Assembly (NCBI GenBank): GCA_050246315.1
Contig: JBFWWG010000001.1
Coordinates: 512,001-576,000 of the forward strand
Length of the DNA: 64,000 nucleotides
Direction of reading: 5' to 3'
Source: Nitrospiraceae bacterium
GTDB taxonomy: Bacteria; Nitrospirota; Nitrospiria; Nitrospirales; Nitrospiraceae
Shown: in pieces, positions 1-9,179 of the stretch
Layout: each line of letters opens with the position of its first letter
Position numbering within the stretch: position 1 is the first letter of the stretch
Program-made: the position numbers and the translations under genes
Notes under the pieces: generated by a model
The model's database searches: none
What the model was told of the DNA's origin: nothing
What the model saw: only the letters and a program-made list of their open reading frames with translations

Positions 1-649
1 GCGTCCGTGTCGCCGGATCGTACCGGTAGATGAAGAAGCGGCCGCGGATCAATCGGGCTGCGGCCTCTGGATCTTTCACCGCTTTTGACGCCTTGGCTGC
101 CTTGCCGACAATCTCGGGCAACAGGTCCGAACTCGGAACGGCGGGCGCTTCAACTCGCCTCGGTCTCGGCTGTGAAGGCGAAGCGTCGATCTTCTCGGCG
201 GTCGCAAACAGCCGGCGGTAGCGCTCCAGCGCTTCGGCTGAAGGCATTCTTGCGTCAATGCCTTGCTCGCTGGTGTCGGTCGCGGCAACGACACGAGTTG
301 GGGCCTGTTTGATGGTGGCGCTAACGCCGGCCACCCAGACTGGAGTATTGAGATAGGTCTGGCAATAGGCAAAGGTGGCTGAGTCAAACAAGACTTTTTC
401 CTCGCTGAAGCGATACTCGACACCCTTTTCCTGAGGGTCGAGGTATGAGACCGATTGTTCGAGGCTCTGCAGCTGCTCGCGCGCTATGTTGAGCTTTCCG
501 GCCATCTCGCGCACATAGGCCGCCGCAGCCTCCCGGCCGCGAAGGCGCTCGATCTCGCGATATTCGTCGAGGTGATTGATTCCTCGAATGCGGCCAGCAT
601 CGTCGAGCGTGAGAGTGGCCTTTATGGAAGGGTCGTAGGTTGTTTTCAT
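1..649 (-). CDS. Integron cassette gene 2 (partial, runs off left edge); possible M4/M36-like peptidase propeptide region
   Basis: Not in the ORF track (no stop in window). Manually read as an open frame MKTTYDPSIKATLTLDDAGRIRGINH...QTYLNTPVWVAG...RFFIYRYDPATRT, with RBS AGGAG before the ATG at 649. It starts just after attC. The product guess rests only on the QTYxxxPVW-like segment. Confidence 0.6.
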   Translation of the reverse strand, partial: MKTTYDPSIKATLTLDDAGRIRGINHLDEYREIERLRGREAAAAYVREMAGKLNIAREQLQSLEQSVSYLDPQEKGVEYRFSEEKVLFDSATFAYCQTYLNTPVWVAGVSATIKQAPTRVVAATDTSEQGIDARMPSAEALERYRRLFATAEKIDASPSQPRPRRVEAPAVPSSDLLPEIVGKAAKASKAVKDPEAAARLIRGRFFIYRYDPATRT

Positions 650-690
650 GGCTTATCTCCTTTCGTTTCAAATAATGGGTGTTCCCGGTC

Positions 691-754
691 GCCTAACGTT
701 TGAGCTCAGGCCGCGGCCCGTCAGGGCCGTCGCGCCTGCAGCGAATTGTTGGGC
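691..754 (-). other. attC recombination site
   Basis: Minus strand reads GCCCAAC-AATTCGCTGCAGGCGCGACGGCCCTGACGGGCCGCGGCCTGAGCTCAAAC-GTTAGGC: R'' RYYYAAC, R' GTTRRRY and an imperfect palindrome. It lies just after the stop of the 766-1773 gene. Confidence 0.92.
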
Positions 755-765
755 GACAACTTCGC

Positions 766-1773
766 TTAATAGTTTCCTGGGCCGGACTTTTCCAGATCAC
801 CATCAAAGCAATACACGATGCCATCAAGATATGGGCGCACCTCCTTCTCCCAGCTTGCCTTACGATGGGAAAAGGAAATGAGTCTTGCAGCCGTCAATTC
901 TGGCGATGAGCCGTCTGAGTATTTTACGGCCTTATAACCAGAAAAAGTATCCGCTTTACTATGAAGCGAAGGGCTTTGCTTAGTGTAGGATTGGAAACTC
1001 AGGATGCGGCCAGACTTGCACTTTTCAGTTGAAGAATAACTTCTCGTCACATGAGCTTCTGAGTATGAGTCCTCGACCATATGAAGAAGGGTACCAAGCG
1101 CGTGCTCTTGGAAGTCATTTTTCGTGTCAGTCAACAAATACCTGGGCTGCAAGATCCAATTAATTTCCCATTCGGCGTGCCTGCCACCAAAGTAATTCTT
1201 AATACGATCTATTTTAACTTCTGAAAACTTGTCTCTACGCGCAATTTCTCCAATAGATATTTTGTAAGCAAACTCTGCCCACATAAATATATTTTCTTTA
1301 GTCTTATGCGGATCCTCTCCGTCTTTTGATGCCATTGAATGCAGAAACTGCAAGTCTCCGTAGTGGCTTCGGTAATGCATCATGTATCTGCCATCAATGC
1401 GAACGCCTTTCTTTGCCCTGTGCTCTGCGTCTTTCATATGGCCAAGCCAAATGGCTTGCCGAGCCTTATATAAATCCTGATTAGGGTCGTCGTTCCACCA
1501 GATCCCCCTAAGCAAGGAATCTTGTATAACCTTCCCATTCATCAGGTTGCGCTCATATTCGCATCCACTTTTGTTCTCTGAGGCTTCACATTCAGTCAGA
1601 AATATTTTTCGCCCCTTATTCGTAATGATTTCGTGAACATTTTCGCTGATAAAATCCATGAGCCCACTTTTGCTGTCTATGCTCTCTGATTTTCTGCTAA
1701 GCGGATTTATATGGAATGCACTCGCCATTGACGGCAGCATTGCGATTAATATGATTGAAACGATTTTCATCAT
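766..1773 (-). CDS. Integron cassette gene 1: secreted protein, possible Zn-dependent phospholipase C/P1-nuclease-like fold
   Basis: AT-rich relative to the window. Signal peptide MMKIVSIILIAMLPSMASA; His/Asp motifs HEIIT, GIWWND, RSHYGDLQFLHSMA, LHMVEDSYSEAH. Bounded by the core site GTTGGGC (1822-1828) and attC. Confidence 0.7.
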   Translation of the reverse strand: MMKIVSIILIAMLPSMASAFHINPLSRKSESIDSKSGLMDFISENVHEIITNKGRKIFLTECEASENKSGCEYERNLMNGKVIQDSLLRGIWWNDDPNQDLYKARQAIWLGHMKDAEHRAKKGVRIDGRYMMHYRSHYGDLQFLHSMASKDGEDPHKTKENIFMWAEFAYKISIGEIARRDKFSEVKIDRIKNYFGGRHAEWEINWILQPRYLLTDTKNDFQEHALGTLLHMVEDSYSEAHVTRSYSSTEKCKSGRILSFQSYTKQSPSLHSKADTFSGYKAVKYSDGSSPELTAARLISFSHRKASWEKEVRPYLDGIVYCFDGDLEKSGPGNY

Positions 1774-1821
1774 ACCTGCCCTCCATAGGCACATGATTTG
1801 ATTTCTGAATGCTTCCTTGTC

Positions 1822-1839
1822 GCCCAACTATTAAGTGAG
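1822..1839 (-). other. attI core/crossover site (disrupted by IS)
   Basis: Minus strand CTCACTTAATAGTTGGGCGACAA. GTTGGGCGACAA is complementary to TTGTCGCCCAAC at the attC R'' of the same cassette, and no attC hairpin precedes it. Confidence 0.7.
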
Positions 1840-1914
1840 TATACTGCTCCCCTCTAGGACAACGGCCAGCTGAACTGAGTACACTGTGGCTGATCCACCA
1901 AGGAGGGATCAGTC

Positions 1915-2193
1915 ATGAAGCGACGGAAGTGGGACGCCAAGACGAAGGCGATCATCGTGCTTGAAGGGCTCAAGGGCAAACCGGTGACCGCCATCTGTCA
2001 GGACTACCAGCTCAGTCAAGCGCAGTATTATCAGTGGCGAGATCATTTTCTCTCGAACGCGGCCAAACCGTTTGAGGTCGCCCAGCAGACCGAACGCGAA
2101 GCCCGGCTCCAGCACGAGAACGCTCGGCTGAAGAAGCTGGTCGGCGAGCTCACCTTGGAGCTCAAAAAAAGCGACGAGGAGGTGTGGCCATGA
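1915..2193 (+). CDS. IS3-family transposase OrfA (HTH)
   Basis: 92 aa, KAIIVLE...ICQDYQLSQAQYYQW HTH and a leucine-zipper-like C-terminus; A7 run at 2164-2170. Confidence 0.9.
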   Translation: MKRRKWDAKTKAIIVLEGLKGKPVTAICQDYQLSQAQYYQWRDHFLSNAAKPFEVAQQTEREARLQHENARLKKLVGELTLELKKSDEEVWP

Positions 2194-2969
2194 GCCGCCG
2201 TCCCTCGCCGACCATCGGCCAGCGCAACGCGGCGGTGCTGGCCCGGATTCAGGCGCTGAAAGCCGAGCATCCATTCTGGGGCTATCGCCGGATCTGGGCG
2301 CAGCTTCGCTTCGGAGAGAGCCTGGTCGTCAATAAGAAGCGCGTGCTGCGGCTGATGCGGACGCACGGCTTGCTGGTCATGGGGAATCCCCGGTTGAAGG
2401 CAACTCGGACGCCGATGCGGAGCAAGCCCCGGCCGACGGCGCCCAATCAGTGGTGGGGGATCGACATGACCAAGGTCATGGTCGAGCCCATCGGCTGGGT
2501 GTATGTCGTCCTCGTGCTGGACTGGTACACGAAAAAGATCGTTGGCCACTACGCGGGCCTCCAGGCAAAAACGGGACACTGGCTGGCCGCACTGGACTCA
2601 GCCGTGCAGCGCCAGTGTCCCCACGGAAGCCGCGATCACGGGCTGCATCTGATGAGTGATACCGGGTGTCAGCCCACGGCCGTTGCGTTCATGAAGGCGG
2701 CGGCGACGCTGGGCATTACCCAGGCGTTTACCAGTTACAACAATCCGAAAGGAAACGCAGATACGGAACGCCTGATGCGAACGTTGAAGGAAGAACTGCT
2801 CTGGCTCCGCGAGTGGACCAGTTCCCTGGAGTTGGAACGGGCCATCGGTGCCTGGATCGAATGGTACAACACGCGGTACTTGCACTCAGCACTGGGATAT
2901 CGGACACCGTGCCAGATCGAACAACAACATCTGCTCAGCCACAGCAACACTCAGTTCGTGGCCGCTTGA
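2184..2969 (+). CDS. IS3-family transposase OrfB (rve/DDE)
   Basis: GYRRI, WGIDMT, SDTGCQ, NADTERLMRTLKEE, YNTRYLHSALGY motifs; -1 frame relative to OrfA. Confidence 0.92.
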   Translation: MAMSRRPSPTIGQRNAAVLARIQALKAEHPFWGYRRIWAQLRFGESLVVNKKRVLRLMRTHGLLVMGNPRLKATRTPMRSKPRPTAPNQWWGIDMTKVMVEPIGWVYVVLVLDWYTKKIVGHYAGLQAKTGHWLAALDSAVQRQCPHGSRDHGLHLMSDTGCQPTAVAFMKAAATLGITQAFTSYNNPKGNADTERLMRTLKEELLWLREWTSSLELERAIGAWIEWYNTRYLHSALGYRTPCQIEQQHLLSHSNTQFVAA

Positions 2970-3064
2970 CAAATGGGGAGCAGTACATGAGCCGCCAGGG
3001 ACCTGCGCGTGCTGGCAGCCTATCACGTGTAGTTCTTCATCCCGAACCGCGCAAAATCTGACGG

Positions 3065-3093
3065 ATTCTCCGTGAAATACATAAGCGTGTCAA
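3065..3093 (-). promoter_or_regulatory. Putative integron cassette promoter Pc (sigma70-like)
   Basis: Minus strand TTGACA-N17-GAGAAT, pointing toward attI and the cassettes. Confidence 0.55.
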
Positions 3094-3184
3094 ATTGATC
3101 CGTTCCAGAGAACCCCGCCCACCCGGCGGCCTATCACCCTATTGGCCCGCAGCCTATTTCGCCTCGCGTGCTGGTTAGAGTGGC

Positions 3185-4420
3185 TCACCCGAGCCGGTCT
3201 GCCGGGCTGCACACGCCTCGTCCGCCTCGATTCAGGACGTGCGTATAGATCATGGTGGTGCTCACATCCCTATGCCCCAGTAACTCTTGGACGGTCCGAA
3301 TGTCGTACCCATCTTCAAGGAGGTGCGTCGCAAATGAATGGCGGAACGTGTGGCAACTGGCTGGCTTGGCGATACCAGCTTTACGAGCGGCTTCTTTGAC
3401 GGCCTTCTGAATGACGGATTCATGCAGGTGATGTCTGTATGGCGTCCGGGTCGCTTGATCGATGTAATATTTTGAGGCGGGGAATACCCACTGCCAACTC
3501 CACTCTTCGCCTGCCTTGGGATATTTGCGATCCAATGCGTTCGGGAGGACAACACGGCCTAATCCCTGTTCGAGGTCATGCTGATGTTTCTGATTGATTT
3601 CCTCCAGGTGTCGGGCAAGGGGTTCTTTCACTGTGAGAGGGAGCATCGTGTAGCGGTCTTTATTCCCCTTGCCAGCTCGAACCACGATCTGGTTTCGGGT
3701 GAAGTCGAGGTCCTTCACTCTGAGACGGCAACACTCCATGAGTCGAAGGCCAGCGCCGTAGAGCAATGTCGCCATCAGCCATGCCGTTCCATCGAGCTGG
3801 CGGAGCAGTTCCTTCACTTCTTCGCGTGTTAAGACCACCGGGAGCCGGTGCGGCCTTTTGGCACGCACCACGCCATTCACGTAGCCGATCTTCTTCCCAA
3901 GGACCTCATGATAGAGGAACAGCACCGCGTTTAAGGCTTGATTCTGTGTGGAGGCGCTCACGCGGGAGTGTGTAGCCAACGTGGATAGGTACTGGCCGAT
4001 TTCTTGTTCGGCGATCTCTATCGGGTGACGCTGCTGATGAAAGACGAGAAAACGTTTGATCCAGCCGACATAGGCCTCTTCGGTCTTGTGACTATAGTGC
4101 CTCCTTCGAATGGCTTGGCGGACTTGGTCGACGACTGCAAGATTCCATGAGATTTCTTTAGGGACCACCGGCTCGTGCCTCGGAGTTTGTTCAGTAGTTG
4201 AACGGAGCGAGGCCTCGACCTCGACCGGTTCTCCGGCAAAGAGGTCCAGCAAATGACGGACCATGTGATCGGTGTGAGGGACCGTCCAACACCGTTCACC
4301 TTGGTGCCAGCGTCGATCGACCACGGTTTTGATCTTCGCCACACGATTCGGGGAATACGGCACTCTCACGATGAGCCGTCCCGTTGGGCCTCGCTCGATC
4401 TTGATAACATCCTGTTCCAT
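3185..4420 (-). CDS. intI: Integron integrase with N-terminal extension
   Basis: [36 protein letters not shown], IntI-specific insert [43 protein letters not shown]. Confidence 0.96.
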   Translation of the reverse strand: MEQDVIKIERGPTGRLIVRVPYSPNRVAKIKTVVDRRWHQGERCWTVPHTDHMVRHLLDLFAGEPVEVEASLRSTTEQTPRHEPVVPKEISWNLAVVDQVRQAIRRRHYSHKTEEAYVGWIKRFLVFHQQRHPIEIAEQEIGQYLSTLATHSRVSASTQNQALNAVLFLYHEVLGKKIGYVNGVVRAKRPHRLPVVLTREEVKELLRQLDGTAWLMATLLYGAGLRLMECCRLRVKDLDFTRNQIVVRAGKGNKDRYTMLPLTVKEPLARHLEEINQKHQHDLEQGLGRVVLPNALDRKYPKAGEEWSWQWVFPASKYYIDQATRTPYRHHLHESVIQKAVKEAARKAGIAKPASCHTFRHSFATHLLEDGYDIRTVQELLGHRDVSTTMIYTHVLNRGGRGVCSPADRLG

Positions 4421-4509
4421 AGGAGCCGGCTACGTTCCCTCAAGAAGGTGCAACCGCCTTCTTGAACGAATGACGATTGACGAATGTTGATGGACGATTA
4501 ACCCGGCCG

Positions 4510-5088
4510 CTACCCCCTCTTCGCATATCCTTCCGCGATCAGCACGTCGGCAACATTCTGGCCATTCAAAAACACATCGGCCACGGTGCGCCCGTAGACA
4601 TCCTGCGAGACGGGAACGATCGTGATCGCTCCCTCGCGCAGGAGTGCGGCGAGCCGCTGCGCGGCTTCGAATCCGCCGGGCGTGCCGGTTTCCGGCGCAT
4701 CGATCCCGCGCAGCCGGACTTTGGTGCCGTTGTAGGCGAACGTGTCGCCATCGATCGGACGGAGGAATCGCCCATCGACCTCTACCGGCCCGCGAAGGTT
4801 CGAGAGCACGTTCGAGCGCGGGAGAGTCCGGAGCCCCGGTATGCGGCCGGATCGGAGAGAGGAGGAAGCCCCGTGCTTCCGCCAGCGGTAGGGTCTCTTC
4901 GCCGAGTGCGGTCGCTTGCGGGGCTTGTGGGTCAGCTTCGGGTCGGATGGCGCGGGCGTCCAACAGGTGGGGCAGATCTGCGGCTGTGGGATCTGCCCGT
5001 TGGGGGCGGTGCCGGCCATGAGCAGCGACACCGGAAAGAGGGTAGAGGCCAGCATCATAGTGAGGATCAACCGTCGCTGCGTGATCAT
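4510..5088 (-). CDS. Thermonuclease (SNase-like) family secreted protein
   Basis: IDGDT, VRLRGIDAPE, DVYGRTVADV, LIAEGYA motifs; signal peptide. Confidence 0.88.
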   Translation of the reverse strand: MITQRRLILTMMLASTLFPVSLLMAGTAPNGQIPQPQICPTCWTPAPSDPKLTHKPRKRPHSAKRPYRWRKHGASSSLRSGRIPGLRTLPRSNVLSNLRGPVEVDGRFLRPIDGDTFAYNGTKVRLRGIDAPETGTPGGFEAAQRLAALLREGAITIVPVSQDVYGRTVADVFLNGQNVADVLIAEGYAKRG

Positions 5089-5106
5089 GGGTGACCTTTG
5101 TGTCTG

Positions 5107-5471
5107 GCCCACCTTATTCATGAACGCCTCTACTGCAACCGTGCATTCGCCGCTACGACAAGCCCGGCCGGCCGAAGGGACTTCTCCGGCGGCGTATCAA
5201 ACACTGAGGAAGGGACATGCCCGTAGGGTGCTTCTCCGTCGGCGCAGCTACGAAAATACGATGAATAGCCGACGGTCCAAACGAAGCTTCGTATAGAGGG
5301 ACTCTGCCCGATGAGCCGCCGGCTCACACGAAGTAGGGAAGGGCGGGCGGGCTCGCTGCTCGGTCGGTCAACATACTGTTTCAAGTATGCCTCCCTCCCT
5401 CGCATCTCCACGCGCCCGTCTCGCGTGGCGACTTCGCGGTTTCGTGACGAACCATCATGAATAATGTGGGC
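5107..5471. mobile_element. MITE family A (TIR GCCCAC[AC]TTATTCATGA) carrying nested structured repeat units
   Basis: TIRs at both ends; interior is the reverse complement of 16886-17095, with ~5170-5335 replaced by the CCGGCGGC...GCCGCCGG units. Confidence 0.75.
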
Positions 5472-5623
5472 TGGGCTGAATCCTGACAAATCGGCTCTGC
5501 AAGCCAGTTTGCAAGACACGTGCACGGTCAGCGAAAGCGAGTGGGGCTGAGTGTCTCTCGCCGTTGACAATTCAGAAAACCGCGTGCTGAAATGCCCGGT
5601 AACGAGTAATCGGGTCGTCTCCT

Positions 5624-5678
5624 GTGCTCCCGCGCCCCGCACGTTTGGAAAGTGCTCGGCGCACGGCCGCAGTTGGAG
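5624..5678 (+). repeat. Repeat family C (TGCTC..GCGCCCCGCACG / CGGCCGCAGTTGGAG)
   Basis: Same motifs recur at 23154-23362 and 23887-24083. Confidence 0.6.
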
Positions 5679-5735
5679 ACAACCCGGTTACACGTTGGAG
5701 TAAAGAGGGTCTAAGAAAAAGAGGGGGCAAAACCA

Positions 5736-5963
5736 ATGGATATGTTTGGCAAAGTGGGGCTGGTGGAGATTCCGATCCTGATCGCGCCGGATCAAAAGGC
5801 CTGGATGGATAAGATGATCAAAGAGGGCCGAATTGCCGTGCCGCCGGGAGGCACCCTGGAGAAGGGGTCGCTCTATTCGATGTTCATCCGCATGCTGCTC
5901 CACAACGCGATGGAGGAGCAGAAGCGCCAGGAGGCGCTCGAAGTCGAGGACGAAGACGAATAA
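5736..5963 (+). CDS. Small hypothetical protein
   Basis: 75 aa, host-like codon usage, purine-rich RBS, acidic tail. Confidence 0.7.
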   Translation: MDMFGKVGLVEIPILIAPDQKAWMDKMIKEGRIAVPPGGTLEKGSLYSMFIRMLLHNAMEEQKRQEALEVEDEDE

Positions 5964-6949
5964 CCCACCGAAAGGGCTGTATCGAATTCGTAAGACCGGT
6001 ATCTTTATCGATACAGTCCGCCACGGCATCTGGCTCGCTTGCCGAGCGTCTCGTTCCCCGAGTCATATAAAGGGCGAACGATCTCCGATTCATATCTGCC
6101 TCCAGTGGAAGCGAGACGCGGCACATGGCGGCGGCGAAAAGCTGCTGTGCGGCAGGTGGTCGGTGACAGGATCGACAGAACGAATTGTATCGTACAGTAG
6201 TAGCGAGTAGAGAGCTTCCTGCCGATCCAGTCGCCTTATAAACAGCCCGCTACGATCGGTCCGTTCCTCATCGGTCCGCGTTCTTCTTTGTGGCGCCTCG
6301 TCGCCCGGGCTCCGTCACCACGCCTCTCCCATTCAGAATGATCCGGCGAATGATCCTGAGCCGTCTCTTCAGTGTGAGCGGTTACTCGACCCAGCCGCGT
6401 TCGAGAGACTCATTCTCGTTAAGTAAAACGGTGATGGCGTCTTCGCACGTCCTGCGATGAAGGCGACGTATCGTCGACCATGCAGGTTGGCGTAGCTTTT
6501 CGCCTACAGTTTATCCAGTTCGGCATGCCGACTCACCTCGTTGTGCGGCGCTATCACCTTGTAAATCTTAGAGAAGGTGAGAGTTGCTCACTGGTGTGGA
6601 TATTGCGTCCGAGCTATGTCCACTGCCACGACACCCGTTTGGATGAAAAGACCCGCGCGATTTGTAACGCCGCGGGCGCGATCAACGATCGGTTTTCGAC
6701 TGATGCGGTGAGGCGAGAGAGCAAGGACCTCTCGCATCGGTCAATTCGACGCCGGCTCGGAGACACATTCCGGGACCGCGGGGTCGCGTGTTACCTGTGG
6801 TATCTGGTCCGAATGGCTGTCTGTGAGAAAGCGGGCTGTTGACGGGAGCTCGTGTGTAACGCAGCGCGAATCACCGACCGGGTCAAGCGGCGCGGACCAT
6901 CAGCACATACGACCGGTCCTCCTCAATCTCGATCAGATGACTCAAGCAG

Positions 6950-8389
6950 ATGACGCAAGGAATGGAACAGGCCGTCGGTCGCTCGGGTGAGGCGGTTACA
7001 GAATCGGCAAAGAGTTGGGCTGCGGTACCCGATGGTCTGCTGCCTCCGCGACGGGTGACATCGCGGGCCCCGGCGATCCATGTCGATCGGCTGTCCAAGA
7101 GATATGTCATTCGAACCAGGCCGACAGGCGGCGACAGCCTCGCTGCGCGGATCCAGGAGAGCTTTTACGGGTTCCTCCCGCGAAACCGGCGGACCCGCCA
7201 TGCGGGATCGACCGACGTGTGGTCGTTGCAGGACGTCTCCTTTGATGTGCAGCAAGGAGAGGTCGTCGGTATTGTGGGAAGAAACGGGGCCGGGAAAAGC
7301 ACCTTGCTCAAGATCCTCTCCCGGATTGTCGATCCGACATCCGGTCGTGCGGAGCTTCGCGGGCGAGTCGGGACCCTCCTCGAGGTCGGCACGGGCTTCC
7401 ATCCCGAGCTGACGGGCCGTGACAACATCTATCTCAGCGGCATTATCCTCGGTTTGACCAAACGGGAAATCGATGCCTGTTTCGATGAGATCGTGGCCTT
7501 CGCCGGCATCGGCGCGTATGTCGAGACACCGGTCAAGCGATATTCCAGCGGGATGTTCGTCCGGCTGGCGTTCGCGGTCGGCGCGCATCTGGAGCCGGAG
7601 ATCCTGATCGTGGACGAAGTCCTCGCGGTGGGCGATTTTGAGTTCCAGAGCAAGTGCCTGAGAAAGATGCAGGAGATCGGCACTCACGGCCGCACCGTGC
7701 TCTTTGTGTCGCACGATATGTCGGCGGTGTCGCGCCTGTGTCCTCGGTCGATTCTCCTCGACCGGGGGCGGATCGTCGTCGATGGACCGACCACAGACGT
7801 ACTGGCGGCCTATCTTCACGCCGGCCACCATCCGTCGGGTGGGAGAGAGTGGCGAGACCGCAACTCCGCGCCCGGCAATGAGTACGTGCGCGTGCGCGCC
7901 ATCCGTGTGCGCGATCGCGAGGGCGCCGTGACCAGCCTCATTGAGATCCGTGAGGCCTTCACGATCGAACTGGAATATGAAGTCCTGCAACCAGGGCTCA
8001 AGCTGGCTCCGCACATCGGTGTGAATACCGACCGAGGCGAGCGGCTGTTCCTGTCCTATGAGGTCAATCAACCGTGGGACGGCCAGCCGCGCAAGACCGG
8101 CCGATATCTCAGCCGGGCGTTGGTTCCGGGCAATCTCCTGACGGAGGGGATCTATTTCGTGGGAGCCTTTTGTTACGCCTACGAGACCAAAGAAGTGAAC
8201 ATCGAAGTGCCCGAAGCGATCGTCTTTCAAATCCTCGACAGTCAGCAACCAGGAGGGGCGCGAGGATATATGTCCGGTCGTATTCCGGGCGCGATTCGCC
8301 CGTTGCTCCAGTGGAATTCACAGGTCGATCCGTTGACGACCGATTCCGGCGAGCTGCTGAGCGAAGGAGAGGCGAATTCACGGCGATGA
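6950..8389 (+). CDS. wzt: Polysaccharide ABC exporter ATP-binding protein with Wzt C-terminal domain
   Basis: GRNGAGKST, GFHPELTGRDN, YSSGM, DEVLAVGD, VSHD; C-terminal Wzt_C-like region. Start uncertain. Confidence 0.92.
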   Translation: MTQGMEQAVGRSGEAVTESAKSWAAVPDGLLPPRRVTSRAPAIHVDRLSKRYVIRTRPTGGDSLAARIQESFYGFLPRNRRTRHAGSTDVWSLQDVSFDVQQGEVVGIVGRNGAGKSTLLKILSRIVDPTSGRAELRGRVGTLLEVGTGFHPELTGRDNIYLSGIILGLTKREIDACFDEIVAFAGIGAYVETPVKRYSSGMFVRLAFAVGAHLEPEILIVDEVLAVGDFEFQSKCLRKMQEIGTHGRTVLFVSHDMSAVSRLCPRSILLDRGRIVVDGPTTDVLAAYLHAGHHPSGGREWRDRNSAPGNEYVRVRAIRVRDREGAVTSLIEIREAFTIELEYEVLQPGLKLAPHIGVNTDRGERLFLSYEVNQPWDGQPRKTGRYLSRALVPGNLLTEGIYFVGAFCYAYETKEVNIEVPEAIVFQILDSQQPGGARGYMSGRIPGAIRPLLQWNSQVDPLTTDSGELLSEGEANSRR

Positions 8390-9168
8390 AGCACTTCCTC
8401 CAGCAAGCCGCCAGGTCACCGTGGTTGGCGCCGGTGCGCGCCCTTGTCCACGGGCGACGGCAGGAAGCGTCCGTGCCGTCCGTCGGATCCGTTCGATTCG
8501 GGGACCTCCGCCGGTTGACGCCGATCAGTTCTGCGTGGGGGTTTGATCGAGGACTTCCGATCGATCGCCACTACATCGAACGATTTTTGACGCGCGAAGC
8601 ACCATCGATCGCCGGATGTGTTCTGGAGATCGGCGACAATAGCTACACCCGCCGCTTCGGGGGCGCCTCCGTAACCGTCAGCGACGTGCTGCACGTCACG
8701 CCGGGCACGCCGCAGGCGACCATCATCGGAGATTTGACGCACGCGGATCACATCCCGACGAATCGGTTCGACTGCATCATTCTGACTCAAACCTTGCAGC
8801 TCATCTACGACGTCCACGCGGCGATCCGAACGCTGTTCCGGATACTGAAACCGGGCGGCGTCGTCCTGGCCACTGTGCCGGGGATCACCCCGATCAGCGA
8901 CAGCCAGTGGTCGAGCCAGTGGTGTTGGAATTTCACGCGCCTGTCGGCAGCTCGGCTGTTTCAGGAACAGTTTCCCCCCTCGTGTGTCAGGGTGGACACG
9001 CAGGGCAATCTTCTCAGCGCCCTGGCATTCTTGCAGGGCCTGGCCGCTCAAGAGTTATCGCCGGAAGAGTTGGCGCATACCGATGAGCGGTACGACGTCA
9101 CGATCACCGTCAAGGCGGTCAAGCCGATTGCGACCGAGGCCGAGTCGCTGGAAAGTCTCCGATCATAA
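8386..9168 (+). CDS. SAM-dependent methyltransferase
   Basis: GFDRGLPIDRHYIE, VLEIGD, FDCIILTQTL, LKPGG; ATGA overlap with wzt. Confidence 0.85.
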   Translation: MKHFLQQAARSPWLAPVRALVHGRRQEASVPSVGSVRFGDLRRLTPISSAWGFDRGLPIDRHYIERFLTREAPSIAGCVLEIGDNSYTRRFGGASVTVSDVLHVTPGTPQATIIGDLTHADHIPTNRFDCIILTQTLQLIYDVHAAIRTLFRILKPGGVVLATVPGITPISDSQWSSQWCWNFTRLSAARLFQEQFPPSCVRVDTQGNLLSALAFLQGLAAQELSPEELAHTDERYDVTITVKAVKPIATEAESLESLRS

Positions 9169-9179
9169 CATCCACGCCG

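Larger units (their letters stand above)
1840..2987 (+). mobile_element. IS3-family insertion sequence with 4-bp target duplication TGAG
   Basis: Imperfect TIRs TATACTGCTCCCC...GGGGAGCAGTACA; TGAG at 1836-1839 and 2988-2991; orfA/orfB organisation. Confidence 0.9.

Noticed and set aside
1838..1862. Hybrid IS-derived promoter driving the cassettes
   Set aside because: TATACT forms at the junction, but the nearest TTG-type -35 is only 13 bp away.
6480..6842. 120-aa ORF in the wzt leader
   Set aside because: No recognisable motif, RBS or host-like codon pattern.
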